A stretch of DNA of 64,000 nt from Candidatus Makaraimicrobium thalassicum (GTDB lineage: Bacteria > Omnitrophota > Gorgyraeia > Tantalellales > Tantalellaceae), in NCBI GenBank assembly GCA_003644505.1, contig QNCM01000002.1:4414-68413 (forward strand). The letters are read 5' to 3'. Each line of letters begins with the position of its first letter. The first letter of the stretch is position 1. Positions 44,184-53,324 of the stretch are shown piece by piece. Made by a program: the position numbers and the translations under genes. The notes below the pieces were generated by a model. It was not told the DNA's origin. It did not search any database and saw only the letters and a list, made by a program, of their open reading frames with translations.

Positions 44184-44840
44184 ATGGGCACTGATAAGGT
44201 CTTGATCGCCCCGAGTATTCTGTCAGCGGATTTCAGCAGGCTGGGAGAGGAGATTAGGTCGATAGAAAAGGGAGGAGCTGACTGGGTTCATATTGATGTA
44301 ATGGACGGGGTCTTTGTCCCCAATATAACGATAGGCCCGCTTATTGTCAGGTCAGTGAGGCCGGTAACCGGCCTGCCCCTTGATGTACATCTCATGGTTG
44401 ACAATCCCGCGAAATATATCGACCAGTTTGCCGATGCGGGAAGCGACTTGATCACGTTTCATATGGAAGCCTGTGAATCGCCGGAGAACGGCATTAAGAA
44501 GATAAAAGATAAAGGCAAAAAGGCAGGTGTTTCCATAAAGCCCGGGACGGATATTTCGATCCTTGACGGTATTCTGGGGCAGGTCGATATGGTATTGATC
44601 ATGACAGTGGAGCCGGGCTTCGGAGGGCAGTCTTTTATGGAGGGCATGCTGGATAAAGTAAGGGACATAAGGCCCCGGTTTGACGGGTACATACAGGTCG
44701 ACGGCGGAATAAACAGGGAAACAGCCCTGAAAGCGGTGGATGCCGGTGTGGATGTTCTTGTGGCAGGCACAGCGGTTTTCGGGCAGGAAGATTACGGGAA
44801 GGCGATAGAAGAACTGAGATCAGGGGCCCGTCGCCCGTGA
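44184..44840 (+). CDS. rpe: Ribulose-phosphate 3-epimerase
   Basis: IAPSILSADF, HIDVMDG, MTVEPGFGGQ and VDGGI. Confidence 0.98.
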   Translation: MGTDKVLIAPSILSADFSRLGEEIRSIEKGGADWVHIDVMDGVFVPNITIGPLIVRSVRPVTGLPLDVHLMVDNPAKYIDQFADAGSDLITFHMEACESPENGIKKIKDKGKKAGVSIKPGTDISILDGILGQVDMVLIMTVEPGFGGQSFMEGMLDKVRDIRPRFDGYIQVDGGINRETALKAVDAGVDVLVAGTAVFGQEDYGKAIEELRSGARRP

Positions 44841-44875
44841 CTCGTATACGAGCCACGAGTCACGAGCTACGAGAA
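44836..44875. repeat. 7-bp tandem repeat with an inverted copy (acgagNN)
   Basis: acgagcc acgagtc acgagct acgagaa (44848-44875); cgtgactcgt (44836-44845) is the inverse of acgagtcacg. Confidence 0.65.
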
Positions 44876-44892
44876 ATGATTGGAGGAAATAA

Positions 44893-46317
44893 ATGGCCAG
44901 GATAAAATTCGGTACAGACGGGTGGAGAGCGGTCATCAGTGACGATTTCACCTTTGAGAACGTGAGGGTTGTAGGGCAGGCGGTCGCGGACTTCGTTAGA
45001 TCACGCAAAGAACCGGTCTACAGGAAGAAAAAGTTTGTTGTGGGGTATGACACACGTTTCCTTTCCGACAGGTATGCCGAGATAGTATCCGCTGTGCTGG
45101 CCGGCAACGGGATAAAGGTCATTCTGTCCGACAGGCCGAATCCGACCCCGGCGATATGCGTTTGTATAAAGGATAAAAAACTGACAGGCGGGATCATGGT
45201 GACCGCCAGTCACAACCCGCCGCATTATAACGGCATCAAGTATAAAGGGTTTTTCGGCGGTTCCGCCGGAAGTGACATTATCGATGGGATCGAGAAGAGG
45301 CTTCATAGATCGCATGTGAAATCCATGGTCTTTGATGAGGCGTTAAGAAGAGGGAAGATAATCAAACAGGATATCGTGGGGGTACAGCTTCGACGCATTA
45401 AAAAATACGCTGACATGAAGAAGCTCAAAACAGCCGGGTTAAAGGTGCTGGTGGACTCGATGAACGGAACAGGAGGCACGTATTTTCGACAGATACTGAA
45501 GAATACCGGGATAAAAATGGATTTCATACATGCGGGAACAAACCCGGGTTTCGGCGGCAGGGCGCCCGAGCCCAATGAGAAAAACCTCAAAGAGCTCATG
45601 AAGGGCGTGAAAAAAGGAAGGTATGATCTGGGCCTTGCCACGGACGGAGACGCTGACCGTATCGGTGTCGTGGATGAAAAAGGAAATATGCTGTCAGGTC
45701 ACAAGGTAATGGCGCTGCTGCTATTGCATTTCCTCAGGAACAGAAACGCTACAGGAGGCGTTGTTCAGACTATTTGCGGGACAGCCCTGATAGACAGGAT
45801 CTGCGAGAAATACGGACTGCGGATATATGAGACCCCGGTAGGGTTCAAATATATCTGCGATATAATGACAAAGAATGACATACTCATCGGCGGTGAGGAG
45901 ACAGGCGGTGTGGGTTTTAAGAACTATATCCCCGAGCGGGACGGTTTTCTGACAGCACTTTTGATCATGGAGCTTATGATCTCGGAGAAAAAGCCCCTGG
46001 GACGGATAGTGGCTGACATGAACAGAGAGTACGGGAATTATGTCTATGAGAGAGAGGATATGATCTTTCCTGAGTCCAGCAGGAAAAAGCTGATGAACGG
46101 TTTGAGAAAAAAACCACTCAAGAAGGTATTGAACAAGCCGGTCAGAGAGGTCCGGGACTATGACGGGTCAAAGTTCATATGCGAGGACGGCAGCTGGCTT
46201 CTGCTGAGGCTCTCGGGCACTGAACCGAAACTCAGGGTTTACAGCGAGACGCGGTCCGGAAAAGAATCGCTGAAATATCTGAAATTCGGGAAAAAATACG
46301 CGCTTTCGCTGATGTAA
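44893..46317 (+). CDS. Phosphoglucomutase/phosphomannomutase family protein
   Basis: FGTDGWR, TASHNP, DGDADR, GEETGG and RLSGTEP. Confidence 0.95.
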   Translation: MARIKFGTDGWRAVISDDFTFENVRVVGQAVADFVRSRKEPVYRKKKFVVGYDTRFLSDRYAEIVSAVLAGNGIKVILSDRPNPTPAICVCIKDKKLTGGIMVTASHNPPHYNGIKYKGFFGGSAGSDIIDGIEKRLHRSHVKSMVFDEALRRGKIIKQDIVGVQLRRIKKYADMKKLKTAGLKVLVDSMNGTGGTYFRQILKNTGIKMDFIHAGTNPGFGGRAPEPNEKNLKELMKGVKKGRYDLGLATDGDADRIGVVDEKGNMLSGHKVMALLLLHFLRNRNATGGVVQTICGTALIDRICEKYGLRIYETPVGFKYICDIMTKNDILIGGEETGGVGFKNYIPERDGFLTALLIMELMISEKKPLGRIVADMNREYGNYVYEREDMIFPESSRKKLMNGLRKKPLKKVLNKPVREVRDYDGSKFICEDGSWLLLRLSGTEPKLRVYSETRSGKESLKYLKFGKKYALSLM

Positions 46318-46331
46318 GGCTTTTCAAATTC

Positions 46332-48131
46332 ATGAAAAAACTCGAGAAGATCAGGAATTTTTGTATTATTGCCCATGTTGACCACGGTAAATCGACCCTG
46401 GCCGACAGGATAATCCAGGTTACTGATACCGTGAAGAGGAGGGAGTTCAGGGATCAGTTTCTGGACAATATGGACCTGGAAAGAGAAAGAGGCATAACCA
46501 TTAAATCCAGCGCGGTCAGGATAAAATACAGGGCTAAGGACGATAGGACCTATTTGCTGAATCTTATCGATACACCGGGGCATGTCGATTTTTCATATGA
46601 GGTATCCAAGAGTATAGCGGCGTGTGAGGGCGCACTCCTGCTGGTAGATGCCGTGCAGGGTGTTGAGGCGCAGACGATCGCCAATCTTTATCTGGCAATG
46701 GAACATGATCTGCAGATAATCCCGATCATAAACAAGATCGATCTTAAAAACGCGCGAATAAAAGAGATAAAGAGGCAGATGAAAGATATCCTGGGTGTTG
46801 ACGATAGTGATATCATCCTCATAAGCGCGAAAGAGGATATCGGTACTGAGGATGTCCTTGAGGGGATCGTGAAGAGGATACCCCCGCCTTCGGGCAGCCG
46901 GAAACAGCCGTTACAGGCGCTGATATTCGATTCCACCTATGATACTTACAGGGGGGTGATCGTTTATGTCCGTGTTGTGAGCGGTTATCTGAGAGCCGGT
47001 ATGCGCGTCGAGATGATGAACAGGCACACCAGGTATGAGGTCAAGGAGGTCGGGGTGTTCACACCTGCTGAACAGACAATGGATGAGCTGGAGTGCGGGC
47101 AGGTAGGATATATCGTCTGTAACATCAAGGAAGCGAAAGAAGTGGTTGTGGGCGATACCATAACTGACCTGGCCAACCCCGCGGAAGAACCCCTCCCGGG
47201 GTATAAGCGGGTGAAACCAATGGTTTACAGCGGAATGTATCCTGTAAGCAATGAGGATTATGAGGATCTCAAGGACGCTATGGAGAAAATGCGGCTCTCG
47301 GACCCTTCTTTCATTTATGAGCCCGAAACGTCGGCAGCGCTGGGGTTTGGTTTCCGGTGCGGCTTTTTAGGGCTCCTGCATATGGAGATAATCCAGGAAC
47401 GACTGGAGCGTGAGTTCGGCCTGGATCTGATCGTTTCCTCACCGAGCGTGAATTACAAAGTGAAACTGCTTCACGGAGAGCTTCTGGAGATCGACAACCC
47501 GACCAAATATCCGGACGGGGAGAGGATCGAGTATGTAGATGAGCCGTTCGTAAAATGTTATATTATCGCACCGTCGGAATCCATCGGCGCCATCATGAAA
47601 CTGTGCGAGAACAGGAGAGGGGAGTTCGTCAGCACACAGTACCTGGATCCCGGGAAGGCCCAGTTGACCTACAACTTACCGCTGTCGGAGATAATAGTCA
47701 ATTTTTACGATAAGATCAAGTCCTCGACCAAGGGGTACGGCTCTCTTGATTATGAACTTATCGGCTACAGAAAATCCGATATAGTCAAGCTGGAGATACT
47801 GATCAACGGCGTTCCCTGCGACGCGCTTTCCTGTATCGTGTACAGGGGGAAAGCCAGAAAAAAAGGGATGGAGCTGGTGAAAAAACTGCGGGAGACTATC
47901 CCCAGGCACATGTTCAAGATAGCGGTGCAGGCTGCTGTCGGAGGGAACGTGCTTGCCAGAGAGGACATTTCAGCGTTGAAAAAGCATGTTACCGGAAAGT
48001 GTTACGGTGGTGATATTACGAGGAAAAGAAAACTGTGGGAAAAACAGAAGGAAGGGAAGAAGAAGATGCGCAGAATAGGTAAAGTGGATGTTCCCAAAGA
48101 AGCGTTTTTAAAAGCTATGAGGGTAGCATGA
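46332..48131 (+). CDS. lepA: Elongation factor 4
   Basis: IRNFCIIAHVDHGKSTLAD, GFRCGFLGLLH and KCYGGDITRKRKL. Confidence 0.99.
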   Translation: MKKLEKIRNFCIIAHVDHGKSTLADRIIQVTDTVKRREFRDQFLDNMDLERERGITIKSSAVRIKYRAKDDRTYLLNLIDTPGHVDFSYEVSKSIAACEGALLLVDAVQGVEAQTIANLYLAMEHDLQIIPIINKIDLKNARIKEIKRQMKDILGVDDSDIILISAKEDIGTEDVLEGIVKRIPPPSGSRKQPLQALIFDSTYDTYRGVIVYVRVVSGYLRAGMRVEMMNRHTRYEVKEVGVFTPAEQTMDELECGQVGYIVCNIKEAKEVVVGDTITDLANPAEEPLPGYKRVKPMVYSGMYPVSNEDYEDLKDAMEKMRLSDPSFIYEPETSAALGFGFRCGFLGLLHMEIIQERLEREFGLDLIVSSPSVNYKVKLLHGELLEIDNPTKYPDGERIEYVDEPFVKCYIIAPSESIGAIMKLCENRRGEFVSTQYLDPGKAQLTYNLPLSEIIVNFYDKIKSSTKGYGSLDYELIGYRKSDIVKLEILINGVPCDALSCIVYRGKARKKGMELVKKLRETIPRHMFKIAVQAAVGGNVLAREDISALKKHVTGKCYGGDITRKRKLWEKQKEGKKKMRRIGKVDVPKEAFLKAMRVA

Positions 48132-48721
48132 AGTTTAACAGAAGTTCATGGGATTACCTCTGGGCAGAATGGATAAAGCCGATACTGATCGCGGCGGTTC
48201 TTGCTTTTTTTATAAGAACGTTTGTTACGCAGCCCTTTAAGATACCGTCGAGTTCCATGTATCCCACGTTAAGGCCCGGAGACAGGATATTTGTGAACAA
48301 ATTCATCCACGGGGTCAGGTTGCCTCTTACCGGCATCAGATTGCCCGCGATAAGGCCTCCCATGCTCGGGGATATTGTCGTATTTATATCTCCTGTAGAG
48401 AAAAAGAAATATCTTGTAAAGCGGTTCATCGCAGGTGGAGGAGAATCCGTACAGATAAAAGGCGGAGAACTTTTTGTGGACGGTAAGAGGATCGATGGCA
48501 ACCCTTTCAAACGCTTTTTCTATTATAACCGCGGAAAATACGGCGCCGAGGACGAGGTCATCCACGTCCCTGAAGGTTGTTTTTATGCATTGGGGGATAA
48601 CAGCGCCAATTCCCTGGATTCGAGGTACTGGGGGTTTGTCCCGGATAAAAATCTTGTCGGGAACGCCTTCCTTATTCATTGGCCGATAAAGCGGATACAG
48701 CTTATTCGGAAGGGAGATTAA
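48128..48721 (+). CDS. lepB: Signal peptidase I
   Basis: IPSSSMYPTL, LVKR and GDNSANSLDSRYWG; follows lepA. Confidence 0.95.
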   Translation: MKFNRSSWDYLWAEWIKPILIAAVLAFFIRTFVTQPFKIPSSSMYPTLRPGDRIFVNKFIHGVRLPLTGIRLPAIRPPMLGDIVVFISPVEKKKYLVKRFIAGGGESVQIKGGELFVDGKRIDGNPFKRFFYYNRGKYGAEDEVIHVPEGCFYALGDNSANSLDSRYWGFVPDKNLVGNAFLIHWPIKRIQLIRKGD

Positions 48722-48740
48722 CAGGGAATAGTCGGAAATT

Positions 48741-49274
48741 ATGAATTGGGCCAATCGATTGACTATCTGCAGGATAATACTGGTTCCGGTTTTCATCACG
48801 GCTGTTTTCTATCACAGGCTGAATCTCGCTTTTATAGTGTTTATACTCGCCACTATAACGGATGGACTGGATGGTTACATAGCACGGACGCGTAAAGAGA
48901 AAACCAAGTTCGGCGCCATAATGGATCCGATCGCGGATAAGATGCTTATCGGAAGCGCATTCATAAGTTTCAGCCTTGTGAGCGGGCTGCCAGATCACCT
49001 CAAAATGCCGGTGTATGTCCCGATAATTGTTGTCAGCAGGGATGTAATTATTTTACTGTGGGCGCTGATCATGTACCTGCTCGCAGGTAACATAGAGGTA
49101 CGGCCTTCGATTATCGGGAAAGTGACGACATTCTGCCAGATGCTTACGATCATTTGCGTGCTTTTACATTTTGTCTATTCAAACTGGATATGGAACATCG
49201 CAATAGCGCTTACCGTCATTTCCGGTCTGGATTACATCAGAATATGGTCCGGTCAGATCAATGGAAAATTATAG
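48741..49274 (+). CDS. CDP-alcohol phosphatidyltransferase (PgsA-like)
   Basis: ANRLTICR and DGLDGYIAR...FGAIMDPIADK. Confidence 0.9.
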   Translation: MNWANRLTICRIILVPVFITAVFYHRLNLAFIVFILATITDGLDGYIARTRKEKTKFGAIMDPIADKMLIGSAFISFSLVSGLPDHLKMPVYVPIIVVSRDVIILLWALIMYLLAGNIEVRPSIIGKVTTFCQMLTIICVLLHFVYSNWIWNIAIALTVISGLDYIRIWSGQINGKL

Positions 49275-50616
49275 TTGCATTCCCGCCGTATGTATCGTAG
49301 GCAGGCCGAACGTCGGGAAGTCGTCCCTTTTCAACTGCCTGCTGGGAGAGAGACGGGCCGTGGTCGTCGAGCAATCCGGGACTACCCGGGACAGGCTTGA
49401 AACGGTTATCCGCATGGGAGGAGCCGATGTCAAGCTTGTGGATACAGGCGGCTATACCCCCGGGGGCAGTGACGAACTTTCTTTGCAGGTCAAAGACCAG
49501 ATACACAGGGCGATGGAGGAGGCCGCCATCATACTCATGGTGACTGATACCATGGCCGGTGTTTCACCTTTTGATAAAGAAGTGGCGTCCCTTCTAAGAA
49601 GATTCGATAAACCTGTTATCCTGGTGGCGAACAAGACCGATAATGATAAACTCCGGAACGATACGCTTGAGTTCTATCAGCTGGGATTCGGAGAGCCCGA
49701 GGCAGTTTCCTGCCTGCACAGAAGGGGAATAGGCGGGCTGAGAAAACGCGTACAGGTATCCATCAGGGAGATCACCGGAGGCAGAGGGACACGCGGAAAG
49801 GAAGAACAGGTTCCCAGAAAAATAGCGGTTGTGGGCAGGCCGAACGTCGGAAAATCATCTTTCGTGAACAATTTACTGGAACACAAGCGTGTTATAGTAA
49901 GTGATATCCCCGGGACCACAAGGGATTCCATCGATACGTATTTCAACTGCGGGGGAGATAAATATATACTGATCGATACTGCCGGTATCCGTCACAGGCG
50001 GAAGGTCAAGGTCGCAGTCGATACCTACAGCATAATGAGGGCCAGGGAATCCATCAAAAGGGCGGATGTGGTGATCCTGTTGCTTGATGCCGCGGACGGG
50101 GTGACCAGAGATGATATATCTATACTGAATTTTATCGAGGCCAGCGGTAAAGCATGTCTTATACTTGTAAACAAATGGGATCTGGCCGAGGAGACCGGCG
50201 GTATTTCGGTTGAGGATTACCAGCGCCATCTTGTTTATGCCTCTAATGAACTCAGCAAGTTCCCGATATCGTTTGTCTCTTCGAAAACCGGGAAAAATGT
50301 GATGAGCAGCCTTTCCATGGTCAAGGTCCTGGATTCGAATCTCGATCTTAAGGTTTCCACACCGTTCTTGAACAGGATATTCGAGAAGAAAAATCCCTCA
50401 AGGATCCCGGTTCCCAGAAGAAAAAAAAGGCCCAATTTTCTTTACATAATCCAGAGCAGACACAGACCTGTGGAGTTTAAGTTTTTTGTAAGCGACCCGT
50501 CAAATGTTCTTCCTTCTCATATCAGCGCCATAGAGAATCAGTTGCGGGCTAACCTGCCGCTTTCAGGGATCCCTGTGAAAATAGTGACAACGAAGTCAAG
50601 AAAGGTGAAAAAGTGA
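49261..50616 (+). CDS. der: Ribosome biogenesis GTPase Der
   Basis: Two tandem G domains (GRPNVGKSS twice, GTTRD twice, NKTD/NKWD). Confidence 0.96.
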   Translation: MENYSCIPAVCIVGRPNVGKSSLFNCLLGERRAVVVEQSGTTRDRLETVIRMGGADVKLVDTGGYTPGGSDELSLQVKDQIHRAMEEAAIILMVTDTMAGVSPFDKEVASLLRRFDKPVILVANKTDNDKLRNDTLEFYQLGFGEPEAVSCLHRRGIGGLRKRVQVSIREITGGRGTRGKEEQVPRKIAVVGRPNVGKSSFVNNLLEHKRVIVSDIPGTTRDSIDTYFNCGGDKYILIDTAGIRHRRKVKVAVDTYSIMRARESIKRADVVILLLDAADGVTRDDISILNFIEASGKACLILVNKWDLAEETGGISVEDYQRHLVYASNELSKFPISFVSSKTGKNVMSSLSMVKVLDSNLDLKVSTPFLNRIFEKKNPSRIPVPRRKKRPNFLYIIQSRHRPVEFKFFVSDPSNVLPSHISAIENQLRANLPLSGIPVKIVTTKSRKVKK

Positions 50617-51245
50617 TATATATCGCGCTTTCGATTATTACCGCATACCTTGTCGGGGCGATCCCGACGGCGTATATTTTCGGCAGAATATTGAAGGGTA
50701 TTGATATCAGGGAGTATGGCAGCGGTAATGTCGGGGCTACAAACGTGGTCCGGGCTGTGGGGAAGATTCCCGGGATTATCGTGCTTGCTATTGATTTTTT
50801 GAAAGGAGTAGCGGTAGTTACTGTAATACCCCCGAATATCCAGAGGTTTTTCCCTGAAGCAGCGGGATCTCAGGCCTACGGGTTTATTTACATTTTAGCG
50901 GGCGCGGCAGCCATAGCAGGACATATCTGGCCGGTTTTTTTGAAGTTTAAAGGCGGCAAAGGCGTAGCGACTTCAGCAGGGGTAATGGCAGGGCTTTCTC
51001 CCTGGATTCTCCTGGCAGGTCTTGGGATATGGGCAGTTGTATTCTCGATCTGGAAATATGTTTCGCTGGCATCGGTCGTTGCCGCGGTTGCATTACCTGT
51101 TCTTGCGGTCCTGGCAGGGAAAAAACTGGACTTCATTATTTTTTGTGCGGTCTTGTGTCTGGTGGGGGTTTGTACCCACAGATCCAATATTAAAAGGTTG
51201 ATTCAGGGGACAGAAGGAAGGATAGTTAAGGTAAAAAAAAGTTAG
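50613..51245 (+). CDS. plsY: Glycerol-3-phosphate 1-O-acyltransferase
   Basis: DIREYGSGNVGATN, GHIWPVF, FKGGKGVAT and HRSNIKRL. Confidence 0.96.
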   Translation: MIYIALSIITAYLVGAIPTAYIFGRILKGIDIREYGSGNVGATNVVRAVGKIPGIIVLAIDFLKGVAVVTVIPPNIQRFFPEAAGSQAYGFIYILAGAAAIAGHIWPVFLKFKGGKGVATSAGVMAGLSPWILLAGLGIWAVVFSIWKYVSLASVVAAVALPVLAVLAGKKLDFIIFCAVLCLVGVCTHRSNIKRLIQGTEGRIVKVKKS

Positions 51246-51255
51246 TAGGTATTTC

Positions 51256-51284
51256 TTGCAAACGGGAATGAAAAAGAGTATACT
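51256..51284 (+). promoter_or_regulatory. Putative sigma70 promoter for the orphan ORF
   Basis: TTGCAA (51256-51261), 17-nt spacer, TATACT (51279-51284). Confidence 0.55.
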
Positions 51285-51366
51285 CATAATGATTGAGCAA
51301 TAGGGGATGAGTTTTTTTTTGTAACTTATTAAACATATTTAAAAAGTTTAAAAAATAAGGACGGAC

Positions 51367-51741
51367 ATGAGAAAAGTTGTTTACCGCAGTATACTGGGGA
51401 ATAATCCACGAAAACGCGAGGTTTCCATCGAAGAGATCAGCAATAAGCCAAAAAACCGGGTTGCCAGGAAGTGGATATGCAAGTATTTTTTAAACGAAAA
51501 ACACAGCTCCGAAAGATTGAAAGATCTCGAAAACTGGATACAAACAAAAAAGAATGCCGGTAACCATAAGCGTTGTCATATTTTGAGACGGTTTGATGCA
51601 CGGACCGGCGAAAATAAGATTGTCTGCAAAGTGCTTGGGGATCTCTTTGTTGTTTTTGGAAACACTGCTTACAAAATTTTATATATCAACGAACTCAGGA
51701 TACAGGTCGATACTGCCGGAAAAATGAAAAAAGGGGCGTAA
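51367..51741 (+). CDS. Hypothetical basic 124-aa protein
   Basis: ORF with an aagga-like RBS in an AT-rich spacer; no motif recognised. Confidence 0.6.
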   Translation: MRKVVYRSILGNNPRKREVSIEEISNKPKNRVARKWICKYFLNEKHSSERLKDLENWIQTKKNAGNHKRCHILRRFDARTGENKIVCKVLGDLFVVFGNTAYKILYINELRIQVDTAGKMKKGA

Positions 51742-51742
51742 G

Positions 51743-51856
51743 ATGAATACTCCATTGCACAAAATGGCACATCTTACTGTATTTATGGCGGCTTTATGGA
51801 AGCTTGCCATGATCAAATACCGGATGTTTTTGATCGAAAAGACAATACGAAAGTAA
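51743..51856 (+). CDS. Possible 37-aa small protein (MNTPLHKMAHLTVFMAALWKLAMIKYRMFLIEKTIRK)
   Basis: ATG 1 nt after the previous stop, purine-rich upstream sequence, hydrophobic core, followed by a strong hairpin. Confidence 0.3.
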   Translation: MNTPLHKMAHLTVFMAALWKLAMIKYRMFLIEKTIRK

Positions 51857-51897
51857 TCCCAGGAGCTGCATATACATGCGGCCCTTGCCTCCGCACC

Positions 51898-51937
51898 TGC
51901 ACCCCCGGGGAGCAACTAGGTTGCACCCGGGGGTGCA
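51898..51937. repeat. GC-rich palindrome (REP-like or terminator)
   Basis: tgcacccccggg and cccgggggtgca arms with inner gcaac-tag-gttgc. Confidence 0.65.
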
Positions 51938-52082
51938 TATCCTAACATTAACACTTTTAAGTTTTAAACTCATAGTCACATTGAAAAACTTAAAAGTGCA
52001 GGCCTGACCCCGTTGCTTTTATATTCCGATTCCGCATCGGAAATCTACTGTATAATGTGTAGAACATCCCCCTTTTATCTCA

Positions 52083-52111
52083 TTGACTATCAAAATTATA
52101 TATGCTACACT
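52083..52111 (+). promoter_or_regulatory. Putative sigma70 promoter of gpsA
   Basis: TTGACT (52083-52088), 17-nt spacer, TACACT (52106-52111) preceded by TG (extended -10). Confidence 0.6.
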
Positions 52112-52124
52112 TTTGTGAGTTATT

Positions 52125-53111
52125 ATGAGTAAAGTAAGCGTCATAGGAGACGGTGGCTGGGGGACTGCATTGGCCATTTTGCTGCATGCCAAGGGCATTG
52201 ATACTGTTCTTTGGAGTGTTTCCCCGGAATATGCCGAGAATCTGAGAAAAAAGAGAGAAAACACTAAATTTCTTAAGGGGATATCTCTACCGTGCGATCT
52301 GGAAATAACATCCGACGATTCCCTGATCAAAAATTCGGAATACGCTTTTTTTGTCGTTCCATGTGAATATTTACGTTCGGTTGCCGAGAGGTTCAGCGGC
52401 GCGGACTTTACTTATATTGTCAGCGCTACCAAAGGGATAGAGAACAGCTCTTTAAAACGGGCCTCGGAAATACTGGCCGAGTATTTCCCGGCTGAGAGGA
52501 TCAGTGTTTTATCCGGGCCGAGCATATCATTTGAGGTCGCGCAGAACATGCCTACAACAGTGGTCATTGCCTCTCGCAGCGCGGACAAGAAGGAGGTCCG
52601 GGATCTGCTGAGAACCGAACGTTTTCGCGTGTATACTTCCGCTGACGTCACGGGTGTGGAGATAGGCGGTGCTTTAAAAAACATCATTGCGATAGCCGCC
52701 GGTGTTTCTGACGGCCTGGGTTTTGGGACCAATTCCAAAGCTGCGATCCTGACCAGAGGGCTTGCCGAGATAACGCGTCTTGGAGTGAAGATGGGATCCG
52801 AGCGGTCGACATTCAGCGGCTTGAGCGGTATGGGCGATCTGGCAACCACCTGCATCAGCCCTTACAGCAGGAACCGGCGGTTTGGGGAACAGATCGGCAA
52901 GGGCAGGAGCATCGATGAGGCCCTGAGTGAAACCGAAATGGTCGTAGAGGGCATGGCTACCTGTAGATCGGCCTATGCGCTCGCGAAAGAATACAGCGTC
53001 GAGATGCCGATAACTCAGAAGGTGTATGAAGTCCTTTATGAGGGTACGGATCCAGGCGTTGCTGTCAGAGAGTTGATGACGCGTGATCCTAAGGAAGAGG
53101 ATTACGAATAA
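52125..53111 (+). CDS. gpsA: NAD(P)H-dependent glycerol-3-phosphate dehydrogenase
   Basis: IGDGGWGTALA, ATKGIE, LSGPS, GGALKNIIAIA, GDLATTC and SRNRRFG. Confidence 0.97.
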   Translation: MSKVSVIGDGGWGTALAILLHAKGIDTVLWSVSPEYAENLRKKRENTKFLKGISLPCDLEITSDDSLIKNSEYAFFVVPCEYLRSVAERFSGADFTYIVSATKGIENSSLKRASEILAEYFPAERISVLSGPSISFEVAQNMPTTVVIASRSADKKEVRDLLRTERFRVYTSADVTGVEIGGALKNIIAIAAGVSDGLGFGTNSKAAILTRGLAEITRLGVKMGSERSTFSGLSGMGDLATTCISPYSRNRRFGEQIGKGRSIDEALSETEMVVEGMATCRSAYALAKEYSVEMPITQKVYEVLYEGTDPGVAVRELMTRDPKEEDYE

Positions 53112-53139
53112 ATCGCGGCTCACGAGTCGCGAAGAACAT

Positions 53140-53217
53140 CGGGACGTAGCGCAGTCTGGTTAGCGTACTAGTCTGGGGGACTAGGGGTCGCCGGTTCGAA
53201 TCCGGCCGTCCCGACCA
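53140..53217 (+). tRNA. tRNA-Pro (anticodon GGG)
   Basis: Acceptor stem CGGGACG/CGTCCCG, anticodon arm CTAGT-CTGGGGG-ACTAG, T-loop GGTTCGAATCC, encoded 3' CCA. Confidence 0.96.
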
Positions 53218-53324
53218 GTATTTTGATCTCTTTGGGTTTGATCCGCGCAGCTTGTTGCGAGGTAGACCACCAGATACTGGTGGTGTTTCTTCGCGGGAGA
53301 ACGAAGAAAAACAAAGAGGATAAC

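Noticed and set aside
53223-53324. N-terminal extension of hom given by the ORF track
   Set aside because: Homology starts at MKSVSVGLIGLG, a good SD precedes ATG 53325, and the extension overlaps a structured spacer
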